Below, piece after piece: positions 20,115 to 29,603 of a DNA stretch of 64,000 nucleotides. The notes under the pieces were generated by a model. The model saw nothing but the letters and a program-made list of their open reading frames with translations, was not told the DNA's origin and did no database searches. Each line of letters starts with the position of its first letter. Positions within the stretch are counted from its first letter, which is position 1. The position numbers and the translations under genes are program-made. The DNA comes from Acholeplasmataceae bacterium (lineage in GTDB: Bacteria > Bacillota_I > Bacilli_A > Acholeplasmatales > Acholeplasmataceae). The stretch is taken from positions 928,001 through 992,000 of the forward strand of contig OY775910.1 of the NCBI GenBank assembly GCA_963675245.1. Reading direction: 5' to 3'.

Positions 20115-20420
20115 ATGGATTACAAGTCGCGATTTGCAAACGAAGACATAGATGTCTTATATGATATGTTGTTATTGTTAGAATCAAAAGAAGAGTGTTA
20201 TAGACTCTTCGAAGATTTATGCACAATTAAAGAAATTCAGGATATGGCTTTACGATTAAAGGTAGCTCTAATGTTGAAAGAAGGAATTTCTTATCAAGAA
20301 ATTGCTGATAAGACTTCAGCTTCAACGGCAACGATTTCAAGAGTGAGTAAATCTTTGATTTATGGTGCTAATGGATATCAACAATTATTAGATAAATATA
20401 AAAAGAACAAGACCAAGTAG
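20115..20420 (+). CDS. YerC/YecD family TrpR-related repressor (HisR-like)
   Basis: EECYRLFEDLCTIKE, Y.EI...T.ASTATISRV..SL.YG..GY. Confidence 0.92.
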   Translation: MDYKSRFANEDIDVLYDMLLLLESKEECYRLFEDLCTIKEIQDMALRLKVALMLKEGISYQEIADKTSASTATISRVSKSLIYGANGYQQLLDKYKKNKTK

Positions 20421-20442
20421 GTTTTGTTTTTTTAATAAAATA

Positions 20443-20482
20443 CACTTTTGCACTTTACAATGATAAAGTATTAAAGTATAAT
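20443..20482 (+). promoter_or_regulatory. Promoter overlapped by a tandem HisR/YerC-type operator
   Basis: TTTACA (20454-59), 17 nt, TATAAT (20477-82); palindrome CACTTTA-N6-TAAAGTA at 20451-20470 with extra half-sites 8 nt outward on both sides. Confidence 0.75.
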
Positions 20483-20503
20483 GGTGCATGAGGTGAAGAA
20501 AAA

Positions 20504-21292
20504 ATGAAGAAAATATTAACGATTTTAGTTGTTTTAGTCACAGTCATTCTACTAGTGGGTTGTACAAATGATATACCAAACACATTAGATGAGATTGAAG
20601 CGAGAGGTTATTTCATTGTTGGATTAGACGATACATTTGCACCAATGGGATTTAGAGACAAAGATGGCAACATTGTTGGATTTGACGTTGATCTAGCAAA
20701 AGAGTTTGCTGATCGACTTGGTGTCGAAGTAAGATTTCAACCAATTGATTGGGATGCAAAAGTTCTAGAATTGAATAGTGGCACAATTGATATGATTTGG
20801 AATGGTTTAACCATTACAGATTCAAGATTAGAAGAAATGAGTTTCTCTAATGCATATATTGCCAATACACAAATGATTATGACACGTGATGGATCGACGA
20901 TTAATACAATTGCTGATTTAAGTGGTTTAACTATTGGTGTTCAAACATCTTCAGCAGCGCAAGAAGCTGTAGAAGCAAACGCCGCTTATGATTCATTTGG
21001 CTCCGTATTAACATACGATGATTATAATCAAGCGTTACTAGAATTACAAAACGGTTTGATAGATGCTGTGGTAATCGATGAAATTATGGGTCGCTATGTG
21101 ATTAGTCAATCTGATTATAATTATCAAGTAGCAAGTGAAAACTTTGGTGCTGAAGAATATGGTATTGGATTTAGATTAGAAGCAACCGATTTAAGGGATG
21201 CCTTTAATCAAGTCTTATCAGAGATTATTACTGATGGTACAGCTGCAACTATTAGTACGACTTGGTTTAATGAGGATATCTTCCTAGATTAA
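20504..21292 (+). CDS. Polar amino-acid ABC transporter substrate-binding lipoprotein (possibly histidine)
   Basis: Lipobox LVGC; GLDDTFAPMGF, GFDVDLA, IDWD, DMIWNG, EEYGIG. Confidence 0.9.
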   Translation: MKKILTILVVLVTVILLVGCTNDIPNTLDEIEARGYFIVGLDDTFAPMGFRDKDGNIVGFDVDLAKEFADRLGVEVRFQPIDWDAKVLELNSGTIDMIWNGLTITDSRLEEMSFSNAYIANTQMIMTRDGSTINTIADLSGLTIGVQTSSAAQEAVEANAAYDSFGSVLTYDDYNQALLELQNGLIDAVVIDEIMGRYVISQSDYNYQVASENFGAEEYGIGFRLEATDLRDAFNQVLSEIITDGTAATISTTWFNEDIFLD

Positions 21293-21939
21293 TGGATTAC
21301 TTAATTGAAATTATTTCATATTTGTCTCGTGGAGCAGGCGTATCAATATTAATATTTATTGTTACGCTTGCTCTCTCTTTCCCTATTAGTTTATTACTAT
21401 CCAGGTTATATCGGGTCAATATGATATTAAGAAAAATCATTCAATTCTATACGTGGTTGTTCAGAGGAACACCACTCATTTTGCAACTCTTTTTCTTTAT
21501 GTATGGCTTACCAGTATTAGGCATACCTGTTGATCGGATGATGGTTGCGTATGTGACGTTCGCCTTGAACTATGGTGCTTATTTTACAGAAATATTAAGA
21601 GCGGGTATCGAAAACGTTGCTAAAGATCAGATTGAAAGTGCAGCGGTCATGGGGGCATCTCATCGAGTGATTTTTAATCGTATTATTTTTCCTCAAGCCA
21701 TTCGGATCCAATTACCAACCATAACAAATGAAGTGATTACACTGATTAAAGATACGTCATTAGTCACGGTGATTGCGATATCTGATTTGATGAGAGGCGT
21801 TAGGGAAATAGTTTCTAGAGATTTTACAATATCACCATTCGCGGTTGCTGCAGTTTTCTATTTAGTATTCAGTTTTGTAATTGTTAGTATTTTGAGAAGT
21901 GTAGAGAAAAAATATGATTTTCTAGAAAATACCATTTAA
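21292..21939 (+). CDS. Polar amino-acid ABC permease
   Basis: FRGTPLILQL, AYFTEILRAG, LIKDTSL. Confidence 0.92.
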   Translation: MDYLIEIISYLSRGAGVSILIFIVTLALSFPISLLLSRLYRVNMILRKIIQFYTWLFRGTPLILQLFFFMYGLPVLGIPVDRMMVAYVTFALNYGAYFTEILRAGIENVAKDQIESAAVMGASHRVIFNRIIFPQAIRIQLPTITNEVITLIKDTSLVTVIAISDLMRGVREIVSRDFTISPFAVAAVFYLVFSFVIVSILRSVEKKYDFLENTI

Positions 21940-21942
21940 ATG

Positions 21943-21966
21943 AAGTAGACGCAGGTCTGCTTTTTT
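21943..21966 (+). terminator. Intrinsic terminator
   Basis: AAGTAGAC-gcag-GTCTGCTTTTTT. Confidence 0.8.
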
Positions 21967-22065
21967 AATGTAGAAAAGTCTAGTTAAAAGATAGAATCAT
22001 ATGTGCAATCTTAACATTTTTGTTGTACAATAACATCAAGATAAATAAATCCTGAGGTGTTCAAA

Positions 22066-22800
22066 ATGTTGATTTTAGCGGCTATACAGGACTATGCTGT
22101 ATCAAGGGAGTTAAATACATTATATATTATGCTCGATATTGTGTTTCTAGGTGTTCTAGGTTACTTGTTACTAAAGACTAAAAGAAAACTAGCATTTTAT
22201 TTTGGTGTAGCTGGAGCGCTACTTTACTTCTTTGTTGATTATGGTATTTTTTACTTACTATTAGGAACTAGAGAAGTTATTGGTGCGAATACCATGTTAT
22301 TCCTGCTTTGGCTATCAACGAGTTATGGGTTTACTAATTTTGTTTGGATATGGTTATTATTAGATCGAGATAAAAGGTTAATTGAGTGGTCATCTTTGAT
22401 ATTAGTTGGATGGTTAAGTGTAGCACTTATTGCACAAAGCTTTGGTTCTAACTTCGCTGTTATTCAAATCACAAGAAATGTTGGAAGTTATCATGGATGG
22501 ATGGCCATCATGCTCTTTGCTGGTTATGCATACGTCATTGTTAGAAATCTAGTAAGCAAAGATGAGGAAAGAATTCCGATACTTAGGTTACTCATGATAG
22601 GTATTATTGTCCAGTTTTCTTGGGAAACAATTTTACTAATCACAGGTATTAGACCACAAGGGTGGAATCCACTAGTCATTAATTCATTATTAGAAACAAA
22701 TTTAGGTATTCCATATTTATACTTTATTCATAAAGCTTTAAAAAAACGATTCTCAGAAGCACCTGAGATGGGTTTAGCAAGAGAAGTAGCAACCAATTAA
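22066..22800 (+). CDS. Hypothetical integral membrane protein (about 7 TM)
   Basis: Repeated hydrophobic segments; GAGGTG SD. Confidence 0.75.
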   Translation: MLILAAIQDYAVSRELNTLYIMLDIVFLGVLGYLLLKTKRKLAFYFGVAGALLYFFVDYGIFYLLLGTREVIGANTMLFLLWLSTSYGFTNFVWIWLLLDRDKRLIEWSSLILVGWLSVALIAQSFGSNFAVIQITRNVGSYHGWMAIMLFAGYAYVIVRNLVSKDEERIPILRLLMIGIIVQFSWETILLITGIRPQGWNPLVINSLLETNLGIPYLYFIHKALKKRFSEAPEMGLAREVATN

Positions 22801-22811
22801 ATCATTTGAAC

Positions 22812-22851
22812 AAGCCATGGATGATCTTAAAATATCCATGGCTTACTTTTT
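22812..22851 (+). terminator. Intrinsic terminator
   Basis: AAGCCATGGAT...ATCCATGGCTT followed by ACTTTTT. Confidence 0.75.
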
Positions 22852-22913
22852 GTAAGCTTTTGAAAGGTTTATTTGATTTTAGCATGGTATGATAACTATG
22901 GAAGGTGATTAGA

Positions 22914-23738
22914 TTGCCAAAAATCAAACAAATAGCATTACGAGTTAAACAATTAGATAACGTGACACAATTTTATAAGAATGTATTAGGAATGACTTTG
23001 CATGTCTCATCAGATAAAGAAGTGACTTTAGGCACAAAAGATCGTATTTTATTGAAATTGATAACAGATCCATCATACACAGATCCTAAAGAACCAGTGG
23101 CAGGTTTATATCATGTCGCCTATCTTTTACCTGAAAGAAAATACTTAGCATCATTTTTAAACCACATTATTGATGAAAGAATACCTGTTGAAGGTGCATC
23201 TGATCATGGTGTGAGTGAAGCGATTTATTTAAGAGATCCCGAAGGAAATGGTATTGAAGTCTATGTCGATAGACCAAAATCAATGTGGCCAATGAAAAAT
23301 GGGCAAATTGAAATGTATACAAATGCGATGGATATAGCAGATGTCATGATACTTAAAGAAACATTCAAAGGGTTACCATTAGGTACAAGAATCGGACATG
23401 TACATCATCATGTAAGTGACATAATATCTCATGAAGTATATTATAAAAAAGGATTAGGGATGGACTTAGTATTACAATATGGTGGTAGTGCATCATTCCT
23501 TTCATATGATGGTTATCATCATCACGTAGGCATTAATGTTTGGAAAGGAAGAGGCATTCATTCTCCTAAGAAAACAGATTTTGGATTAGATGTTGTCACG
23601 ATGTCTTATGAACATGCATCTGATATTGAAAAAATTGCAAATCAGTTAAGTGAAAACAACTATCTTGTTAACAAACAAGATGGCAACCTTTATACAGAAG
23701 ATCCATCAGGTCACGGTTGGTTGCTTGTCTTAGAATAA
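22914..23738 (+). CDS. VOC family protein (CatE-like catechol 2,3-dioxygenase/glyoxalase)
   Basis: GLYHVAYLLP, DHGVSEAIY..DPEGNGIE, IGHVH, GYHHH.G.N.W. Confidence 0.88.
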   Translation: MPKIKQIALRVKQLDNVTQFYKNVLGMTLHVSSDKEVTLGTKDRILLKLITDPSYTDPKEPVAGLYHVAYLLPERKYLASFLNHIIDERIPVEGASDHGVSEAIYLRDPEGNGIEVYVDRPKSMWPMKNGQIEMYTNAMDIADVMILKETFKGLPLGTRIGHVHHHVSDIISHEVYYKKGLGMDLVLQYGGSASFLSYDGYHHHVGINVWKGRGIHSPKKTDFGLDVVTMSYEHASDIEKIANQLSENNYLVNKQDGNLYTEDPSGHGWLLVLE

Positions 23739-23807
23739 AATAACGTAAAAACGTTTTCAACAAATATGGGTATTGTTTTTTTATAAAAATTGACTATAAT
23801 CATATTA

Positions 23808-24140
23808 AGCGATGAACAAGAGTAGTATTGCAATGCGTCATGCCTAGAGAGTTGATGGTCGGTGTAAATCAACGTTACGATTGTAAGAACGTGCTTGGGA
23901 GCTTTTAAATCGAAGTTTTGAGGTTTAAACGTATGCCGGCGTTAACGGTTTGAGTGCTATGATAATCATAGAACTAAGGTGGTACCGCGATATTTTCGTC
24001 CTTAGATTTTTTCTAAGGGCGTTTTCTTTTTGGTACGATCACTTATACATTGTATGAGTTGTTTTATGTTATTGTAGAAACAAGGTGGTACCGCGGAATT
24101 TCCGTCCTTGGCATATATTATGCCAGGGACGTTTTTTTAT
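23808..24140 (+). promoter_or_regulatory. T-box riboswitch, Arg (CGT) specifier, with two antiterminator/terminator units
   Basis: Stem I with GAA-CGT-G (CGT at 23890-92); AAGGTGGTACCGCG at 23976-23989 and again at 24082-24095, each followed by CGTCCTT and a U-tailed hairpin. Confidence 0.9.
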
Positions 24141-24176
24141 TAAAAAAAATTAAAAAAAGAAAAAGAGGTAAGAAAA

Positions 24177-24974
24177 ATGAAAAAATTATTTATGGTAGGT
24201 GTACTTGTACTTACAGTTGTATTTTTACAAGCATGTTCAGCATCAAATGTCTATACGTATGTGATTGATGATTCATATACAGAATTTATCACGATGGGAA
24301 CATCAGCAGATTATGCACCATATGAATGGCCAATGGCAGTTGATGGTGAACAAACAATTGTTGGCATTGATATTGAAATTGCTAAAAAGATTGCTGCTGC
24401 AGTTGGTAAGAATTTAAAAGTTGTTAATAAAGGATTTGATTTCTTATTAGAAGATTTGGTAGATGGCAAAGTAGACTTTGTTATCGCTGGAATGACACCA
24501 ACAGAAGAACGTGAAGAACAAGTTGATTTCTCTATCGTATACTATGAAGCAACACAAGTTATTTTAATGAGTGCTGATGATGTTGATACATATGAAACGA
24601 TTGAATCACTTGATCAAGATACCGTTAAAATTGGCGCACAATTAGGGTCTATTCAACAAGATTTAGTTGTTGATACATTCAGTCATGTTCAAACACAATT
24701 TGTTCAGACATTACCTGATTTAGTATTAAACTTAACAAGTGGTCAATTAACAGCTGTTGTCATGGAGAAACCAGTTGCTGATGGTTATGTGTTAAACCAA
24801 ACAGGTCTAGCAATTAGCAGTATCTCGATCGGAGATCCAGATGGTGGTTCAGCAGTTGCCGTCCAAAGTGGTGATACTGAATTGTTAGCGATTATTAATC
24901 AAGTGTTACAAGGTTTAATTGATTCAGGAGAGATGGATCAAATCGTTGCAGACGCAATTCTTTTAAATAGTTAG
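24177..24974 (+). CDS. Polar amino-acid (likely arginine) ABC substrate-binding lipoprotein
   Basis: Lipobox LQAC; GTSADYAPYE, GIDIEIA, AGMTPTEER; Arg T-box upstream. Confidence 0.9.
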   Translation: MKKLFMVGVLVLTVVFLQACSASNVYTYVIDDSYTEFITMGTSADYAPYEWPMAVDGEQTIVGIDIEIAKKIAAAVGKNLKVVNKGFDFLLEDLVDGKVDFVIAGMTPTEEREEQVDFSIVYYEATQVILMSADDVDTYETIESLDQDTVKIGAQLGSIQQDLVVDTFSHVQTQFVQTLPDLVLNLTSGQLTAVVMEKPVADGYVLNQTGLAISSISIGDPDGGSAVAVQSGDTELLAIINQVLQGLIDSGEMDQIVADAILLNS

Positions 24975-24977
24975 TCA

Positions 24978-25655
24978 ATGGATTTCGGTTTTCTTCTTGA
25001 TCCATACTATATCAGTATTTTCTTAAGAGGACTTGGGATGACACTGCTCTTAGCAGTCATCTCAGTCATCTTGGGATCACTTTTGGGTCTTATACCCGCA
25101 TTCATGCGGTTATCTAAACATAAAATATTAAATATCATAGCGATGTCATACACAGAAGTCATTCGTGGGACACCGCTTTTGGTCCAAGTATTGTTGATAT
25201 ATTCTTTTGTGAGAATTCCTGTAACGATTGTCATGGGAATCGATTTATCAAGTTTTATACCAGGTATGATTGCATTGCTTATCAATTCAAGTGCTTATGT
25301 ATCTGAAGTCTTCAGAGCTGGTATTTTATCGATTGATCGTGGTCAAACAGAAGCTTCTTTGAGCTTGGGTATGAATGAAAAACAAACGATGTTTTTAATT
25401 GTCTTACCACAAGCCATTAAAAACATCATTCCTGCATTGGGGAATGAGTTTGTAACGATGATTAAAGAAACCTCTATATTTATGTATTTAGGTATAGCTG
25501 AATTGATGTATAGTGCTGTCATTGTTAGAAGTTCGACATATGCTGTTAAAGAATCATATATTGTCGTTGCTGTACTATATTTCTTGTTGACATTCCCAAC
25601 ATCTAAATTCATGGGATACTTAGAAAGGAGGTTCAAGAAAGCAGATGCAAGATAA
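24978..25655 (+). CDS. Polar amino-acid ABC permease
   Basis: [30 protein letters not shown]. Confidence 0.93.
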   Translation: MDFGFLLDPYYISIFLRGLGMTLLLAVISVILGSLLGLIPAFMRLSKHKILNIIAMSYTEVIRGTPLLVQVLLIYSFVRIPVTIVMGIDLSSFIPGMIALLINSSAYVSEVFRAGILSIDRGQTEASLSLGMNEKQTMFLIVLPQAIKNIIPALGNEFVTMIKETSIFMYLGIAELMYSAVIVRSSTYAVKESYIVVAVLYFLLTFPTSKFMGYLERRFKKADAR

Positions 25656-26385
25656 AATTTTAATCAAAGATTTAAATAAAACATTTAGTGATGGCACAGT
25701 GGCTTTAAAGTCTTGTTCATTAGAAATTGATTACAAACAAGTTACAGTGATTATTGGACCTTCAGGATCAGGTAAATCAACGTTACTTCGCATGCTCAAT
25801 TTAATGGAAAAACCAACAGCTGGAGATATACTATTTGATAACGTATCAATTCTTGATAAAGACTTTGATGCTCATAAACATCGTGAGAAAGTGGGTATGG
25901 TTTTTCAAAACTTTAATTTATTTCCACATTTATCGGTATTGAAAAACTTAAATGTTGCACAAATGAATGTGTTAAAAAGAACAGAAAAAGTTGCTACAGA
26001 AATTTCAGAGGGGTTATTATATCAAGTCGGTTTATTAGAGAAAGTAAATAATTACCCTAATCAATTATCTGGTGGACAGAAACAAAGAATCGCAATAGCA
26101 AGAGCTTTAACAATGCATCCTGATATCATTTTATTTGATGAACCGACCTCTGCACTTGATCCTGAAATGATTGGTGAAGTATTGAAGGTTATGAAAGATT
26201 TAGCCGCTTCAGGTATGACGATGGTCGTTGTGACACATGAAATGGATTTTGCAAAAGAATTTGCAGATAAAGTCATCGTGATGGATGAAGGAAACATTAT
26301 TGAAGAAGGCACGCCAGAAGTGATTTTTAATCAACCACAAAATCCTAGAACAAAACTGTTTTTAAAAAGAATTTTAGAACGATAA
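25645..26385 (+). CDS. Polar amino-acid ABC ATPase (GlnQ family)
   Basis: [35 protein letters not shown]. Confidence 0.95.
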   Translation: MQDKILIKDLNKTFSDGTVALKSCSLEIDYKQVTVIIGPSGSGKSTLLRMLNLMEKPTAGDILFDNVSILDKDFDAHKHREKVGMVFQNFNLFPHLSVLKNLNVAQMNVLKRTEKVATEISEGLLYQVGLLEKVNNYPNQLSGGQKQRIAIARALTMHPDIILFDEPTSALDPEMIGEVLKVMKDLAASGMTMVVVTHEMDFAKEFADKVIVMDEGNIIEEGTPEVIFNQPQNPRTKLFLKRILER

Positions 26386-26476
26386 ACTAACCATTTACTG
26401 CAATGCATATTAGATTTATGAGGCAGATTTCCATGATATAATAATGATAAATAAGTTATATTATTTGGAGGGTTTT

Positions 26477-26965
26477 ATGAGTCTGTATCAAATTAGCGTT
26501 GAAAACATTAATCATGAAGTTGTTTTATTAGAAAAATTTAAAGGTAATGTCTTACTAATAGTTAACACTGCGACAAAATGTTTTTTTACACCTCAATATG
26601 AAGGGCTTCAACAACTTTATAAAACATATCATGATCAAGGATTTGAGATTCTTGACTTTCCTTGTAATCAGTTTGGTAAAGATGCCCCTGGTTCTATAGA
26701 AGAGATTGATGAATTCTGTGTAGAAACATATGAGACAAGTTTTCCTAGATTTCAAAAAATTGAAGTTAATGGTAAAGATGAAAATATCTTATTTACTTAT
26801 TTGAAAAGACATGAAAAAGGATTCTTAAACCAAAAAATCAAGTGGAATTTTACGAAGTTTTTAGTAGATCAAGAAGGTCGCGTCATTAAACGTTATTCGC
26901 CACGTACAAAACCAGAGAAGATTGCTAAAGACATTGAGAAATTATTAACAGAGAAAAAGGCTTAG
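26477..26965 (+). CDS. Glutathione peroxidase family protein (Cys type)
   Basis: VNTATKC, FPCNQF, IKWNFTKFL. Confidence 0.93.
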   Translation: MSLYQISVENINHEVVLLEKFKGNVLLIVNTATKCFFTPQYEGLQQLYKTYHDQGFEILDFPCNQFGKDAPGSIEEIDEFCVETYETSFPRFQKIEVNGKDENILFTYLKRHEKGFLNQKIKWNFTKFLVDQEGRVIKRYSPRTKPEKIAKDIEKLLTEKKA

Positions 26966-26975
26966 GAGAATTGAT

Positions 26976-28046
26976 ATGTTTTTAGCGATTAAAGAATTAA
27001 GATATACAAAAACGAAATTTATCCTCATTATAACGGTTATTGTACTGATTAGTTATTTGGTATACTTTTTGACTTCATTAGCTTATGGTCTCGCATCATC
27101 ATATACGAATGCCGTTGAAAAATGGGAAGCGGATGAAATTATCATGACAGTTGATGCCAATGATAGTTTAATGATGTCTTTTATGAATCAAGACGGGTAT
27201 GATGCGGTTAATACGACAGGTGAAAAAGCGAGAATAGGATTATTCCCAGCGGTAATTAATAATCCAACCGCTGATGTAGATACAGATACACGAATTAATG
27301 TTTATTTTTTTGGTATTGATAGTGGAAGTTTTATTCAACCATCAGAATTGAGCAATCTCACATTATCTGGTAATGACGTCATCGTCGATGAAGAATTACG
27401 ACAAGAAGGATATGAAATTGGTGATTTATTTGCTGTTACTGGTACAGATGAACAATATAAAATCATCGGCTTTTCAACAAGAACAACGTATCAAACAGCA
27501 CCAGTTGTTTACATGGCGCTTGATACATGGCAAGCCTATAGATACGGCACAACTAACGCACCGGACTTATATAGTGGCATCATTATTAGAGGAGAAGCTA
27601 GCGGTTTAACAGATGATTTAACAACCTACACAGTAGAAGACTTTATAGGTTACTTACCAGGTTATACAGCACAGGTTCTCACATTTTCAACAATGATTGT
27701 ATTCTTAATCATTATTTCAGCTTTTGTATTAGGCATATTTATTTATGTATTAACCATTCAGAAAACAAGCATGTTTGGTGTGATGAAAGCACAAGGCATC
27801 TCCAATGGACACATTGGTGGTTCTGTACTCATTCAAACCATTTTACTCGTTGCATTTGGTATCATTATCGGCTTATTCTTCACAGCCTTAACAGGATATT
27901 TCTTGGGTGATGTTATTCCATTTGCAGTGAATATCATGTTTTATCTCATCATCACTGGTGCGTTCTTCGTATTTGCAGTATTTGGAGGATTATTCTCTGT
28001 GAATGCTGTCTTGAAGATTGACCCATTAAAGGCTATTGGAGGTTAA
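26976..28046 (+). CDS. ABC permease, FtsX/HrtB-like
   Basis: MFLAIKE N-terminus, YVLTIQK...FGVMKAQG, KIDPL..IG end. Confidence 0.85.
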   Translation: MFLAIKELRYTKTKFILIITVIVLISYLVYFLTSLAYGLASSYTNAVEKWEADEIIMTVDANDSLMMSFMNQDGYDAVNTTGEKARIGLFPAVINNPTADVDTDTRINVYFFGIDSGSFIQPSELSNLTLSGNDVIVDEELRQEGYEIGDLFAVTGTDEQYKIIGFSTRTTYQTAPVVYMALDTWQAYRYGTTNAPDLYSGIIIRGEASGLTDDLTTYTVEDFIGYLPGYTAQVLTFSTMIVFLIIISAFVLGIFIYVLTIQKTSMFGVMKAQGISNGHIGGSVLIQTILLVAFGIIIGLFFTALTGYFLGDVIPFAVNIMFYLIITGAFFVFAVFGGLFSVNAVLKIDPLKAIGG

Positions 28047-28047
28047 T

Positions 28048-28722
28048 ATGAAACCAGTTATTGAAATGATCAATGTCACAAAAGATTTTTTACAAAACGA
28101 TAATGTAATTAATGCCCTTAAAATAACCAACTTCAAAGCATATGAAGGAGAACTTATTGGCATTATGGGTCCATCTGGTTCTGGTAAATCAACGTTCTTA
28201 ACTATTTTAGGTGGTCTTCAACGACCAACAACCGGTAAAGTGCTATTGAATGGTAAACCATTTAGTGAACTAGGTACAAAAGAAAAATCTAAACTTCGTT
28301 TATACAATATCGGCTTCATTTTACAAGCATCGAACTTAATTCCATTTTTGACAGTGAAAGAACAAATGGTGCTTTATAATAAAATAACACGGACAAAAAT
28401 AAACGAAGAATGGATGAAAAAATTATTTTTGAAATTAGACGTTGATAAACTTATAGATAAATATCCAAATGAATTATCAGGTGGTGAACGACAACGTTCA
28501 GCGATTGCAAAAGCACTCTACCATCAACCTTCAGTTATTTTCGCAGATGAACCTACCGCTAGTCTAGATACCAAAAAAGCATATGATGTTGTAAAACTCC
28601 TCGCTAAAGAAACGAAAGAACAAAAGAAAGCAACCATCATGGTGACACATGATGAAAGAATGCTTGAATATTGTGATAGGGTTTATGTCATGATTGATGG
28701 CGTTATGGAACAAAAAAAATAA
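28048..28722 (+). CDS. ABC ATPase, LolD/HrtA-like
   Basis: [38 protein letters not shown]. Confidence 0.92.
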   Translation: MKPVIEMINVTKDFLQNDNVINALKITNFKAYEGELIGIMGPSGSGKSTFLTILGGLQRPTTGKVLLNGKPFSELGTKEKSKLRLYNIGFILQASNLIPFLTVKEQMVLYNKITRTKINEEWMKKLFLKLDVDKLIDKYPNELSGGERQRSAIAKALYHQPSVIFADEPTASLDTKKAYDVVKLLAKETKEQKKATIMVTHDERMLEYCDRVYVMIDGVMEQKK

Positions 28723-28742
28723 GAGCCAATTGGCTCTTTTTT
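28721..28742. terminator. Bidirectional terminator
   Basis: AAGAGCC-aatt-GGCTCTTTTTT between convergent genes. Confidence 0.75.
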
Positions 28743-29322
28743 ATCGATCATTTATACCTTTACCATCTAGGATATGATCTTCATATTTTTCAATACGATT
28801 TCGTCTGGTTTCTGATTGTTTTGCTGATGAGAAGTATAGCGCATAAGCACGTTGTCTACCAGGCGTTAATGCTTCAAATGAGGCTTTAAGTTCAGGTTTA
28901 TCTAGGAATTTTTTGAGTAACTCATCAGGCAATTCAAAGGTTTTTGAGTCTTTAAATTGAACTTTAACACCGGCTTTTTGAAGATTGATAGCTTCATGAA
29001 TATAGGACAATATGGTTTGCTCATGATCAATAATATCGTTTACGTTTTCGAATTTCATGTAACGCATTGCTTGAGAATTTTGTCCTGGAGAAGTAAGCAT
29101 ATGTTTAGAGTCTTTTAGTAAAGATCCAGTGAAAAAACTAACTGACACAGCAGCTTTAAATGAGTGAATCATCACTAAGTTTGTACCATCTAACATATAA
29201 CAAGGTTGTTGCCACTTTAATGTTTCTTCAAGAGGTGTTTTTAAGAGGATATTTCTAAGAGCAAGCAATTCAGCTTGCCATGTTTCTTGAGTATTTATAT
29301 ATGTTGTAACTTTATCATCCAT
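28741..29322 (-). CDS. YdeI/OmpD-associated family protein (DUF1801 domain)
   Basis: E.LKW.QPCY, G.NSQ..R, F.ALTPGRQR.Y......AKQ..TR..R. Confidence 0.88.
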   Translation of the reverse strand: MDDKVTTYINTQETWQAELLALRNILLKTPLEETLKWQQPCYMLDGTNLVMIHSFKAAVSVSFFTGSLLKDSKHMLTSPGQNSQAMRYMKFENVNDIIDHEQTILSYIHEAINLQKAGVKVQFKDSKTFELPDELLKKFLDKPELKASFEALTPGRQRAYALYFSSAKQSETRRNRIEKYEDHILDGKGINDR

Positions 29323-29603
29323 CAGCATACACCTTCTTTCATTTTTATTATAGCAAGTATTCATAAAATCAAAATATAACATGCATTTATATAGCAGTAT
29401 AAACCATGTTGAAAAACAGCATTAATAAGACATTTTTAGTATATAAATCATTTTATATCTATAAAATGGATTCGTTGACATAAGAGGATACATTCATGTA
29501 AAATAAACGATAGGCATGTATACTTTGAATACGTCGTTATCTTATGAGTATTTGATGTAATCTTGATAAGATTTATCAATATAAATATGAAAGTGTGACT
29601 AAT

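Noticed and set aside
23746..23759. cre/LacI-like palindrome TAAAAACGTTTTCA upstream of the Arg T-box promoter
   Set aside because: A single AT-rich imperfect match lacking the leading TG; likely by chance at this base composition
24050..24268. 72 aa ORF in the ORF track
   Set aside because: It runs through the second T-box unit and overlaps the binding-protein gene out of frame; no SD
26477..26965. Selenocysteine glutathione peroxidase
   Set aside because: The active-site codon is TGT (Cys) and there is no in-frame TGA
29505..29575. Structured leader of gndA (two imperfect hairpins)
   Set aside because: The stems are AT-rich and interrupted, with no U-tailed terminator or riboswitch motif
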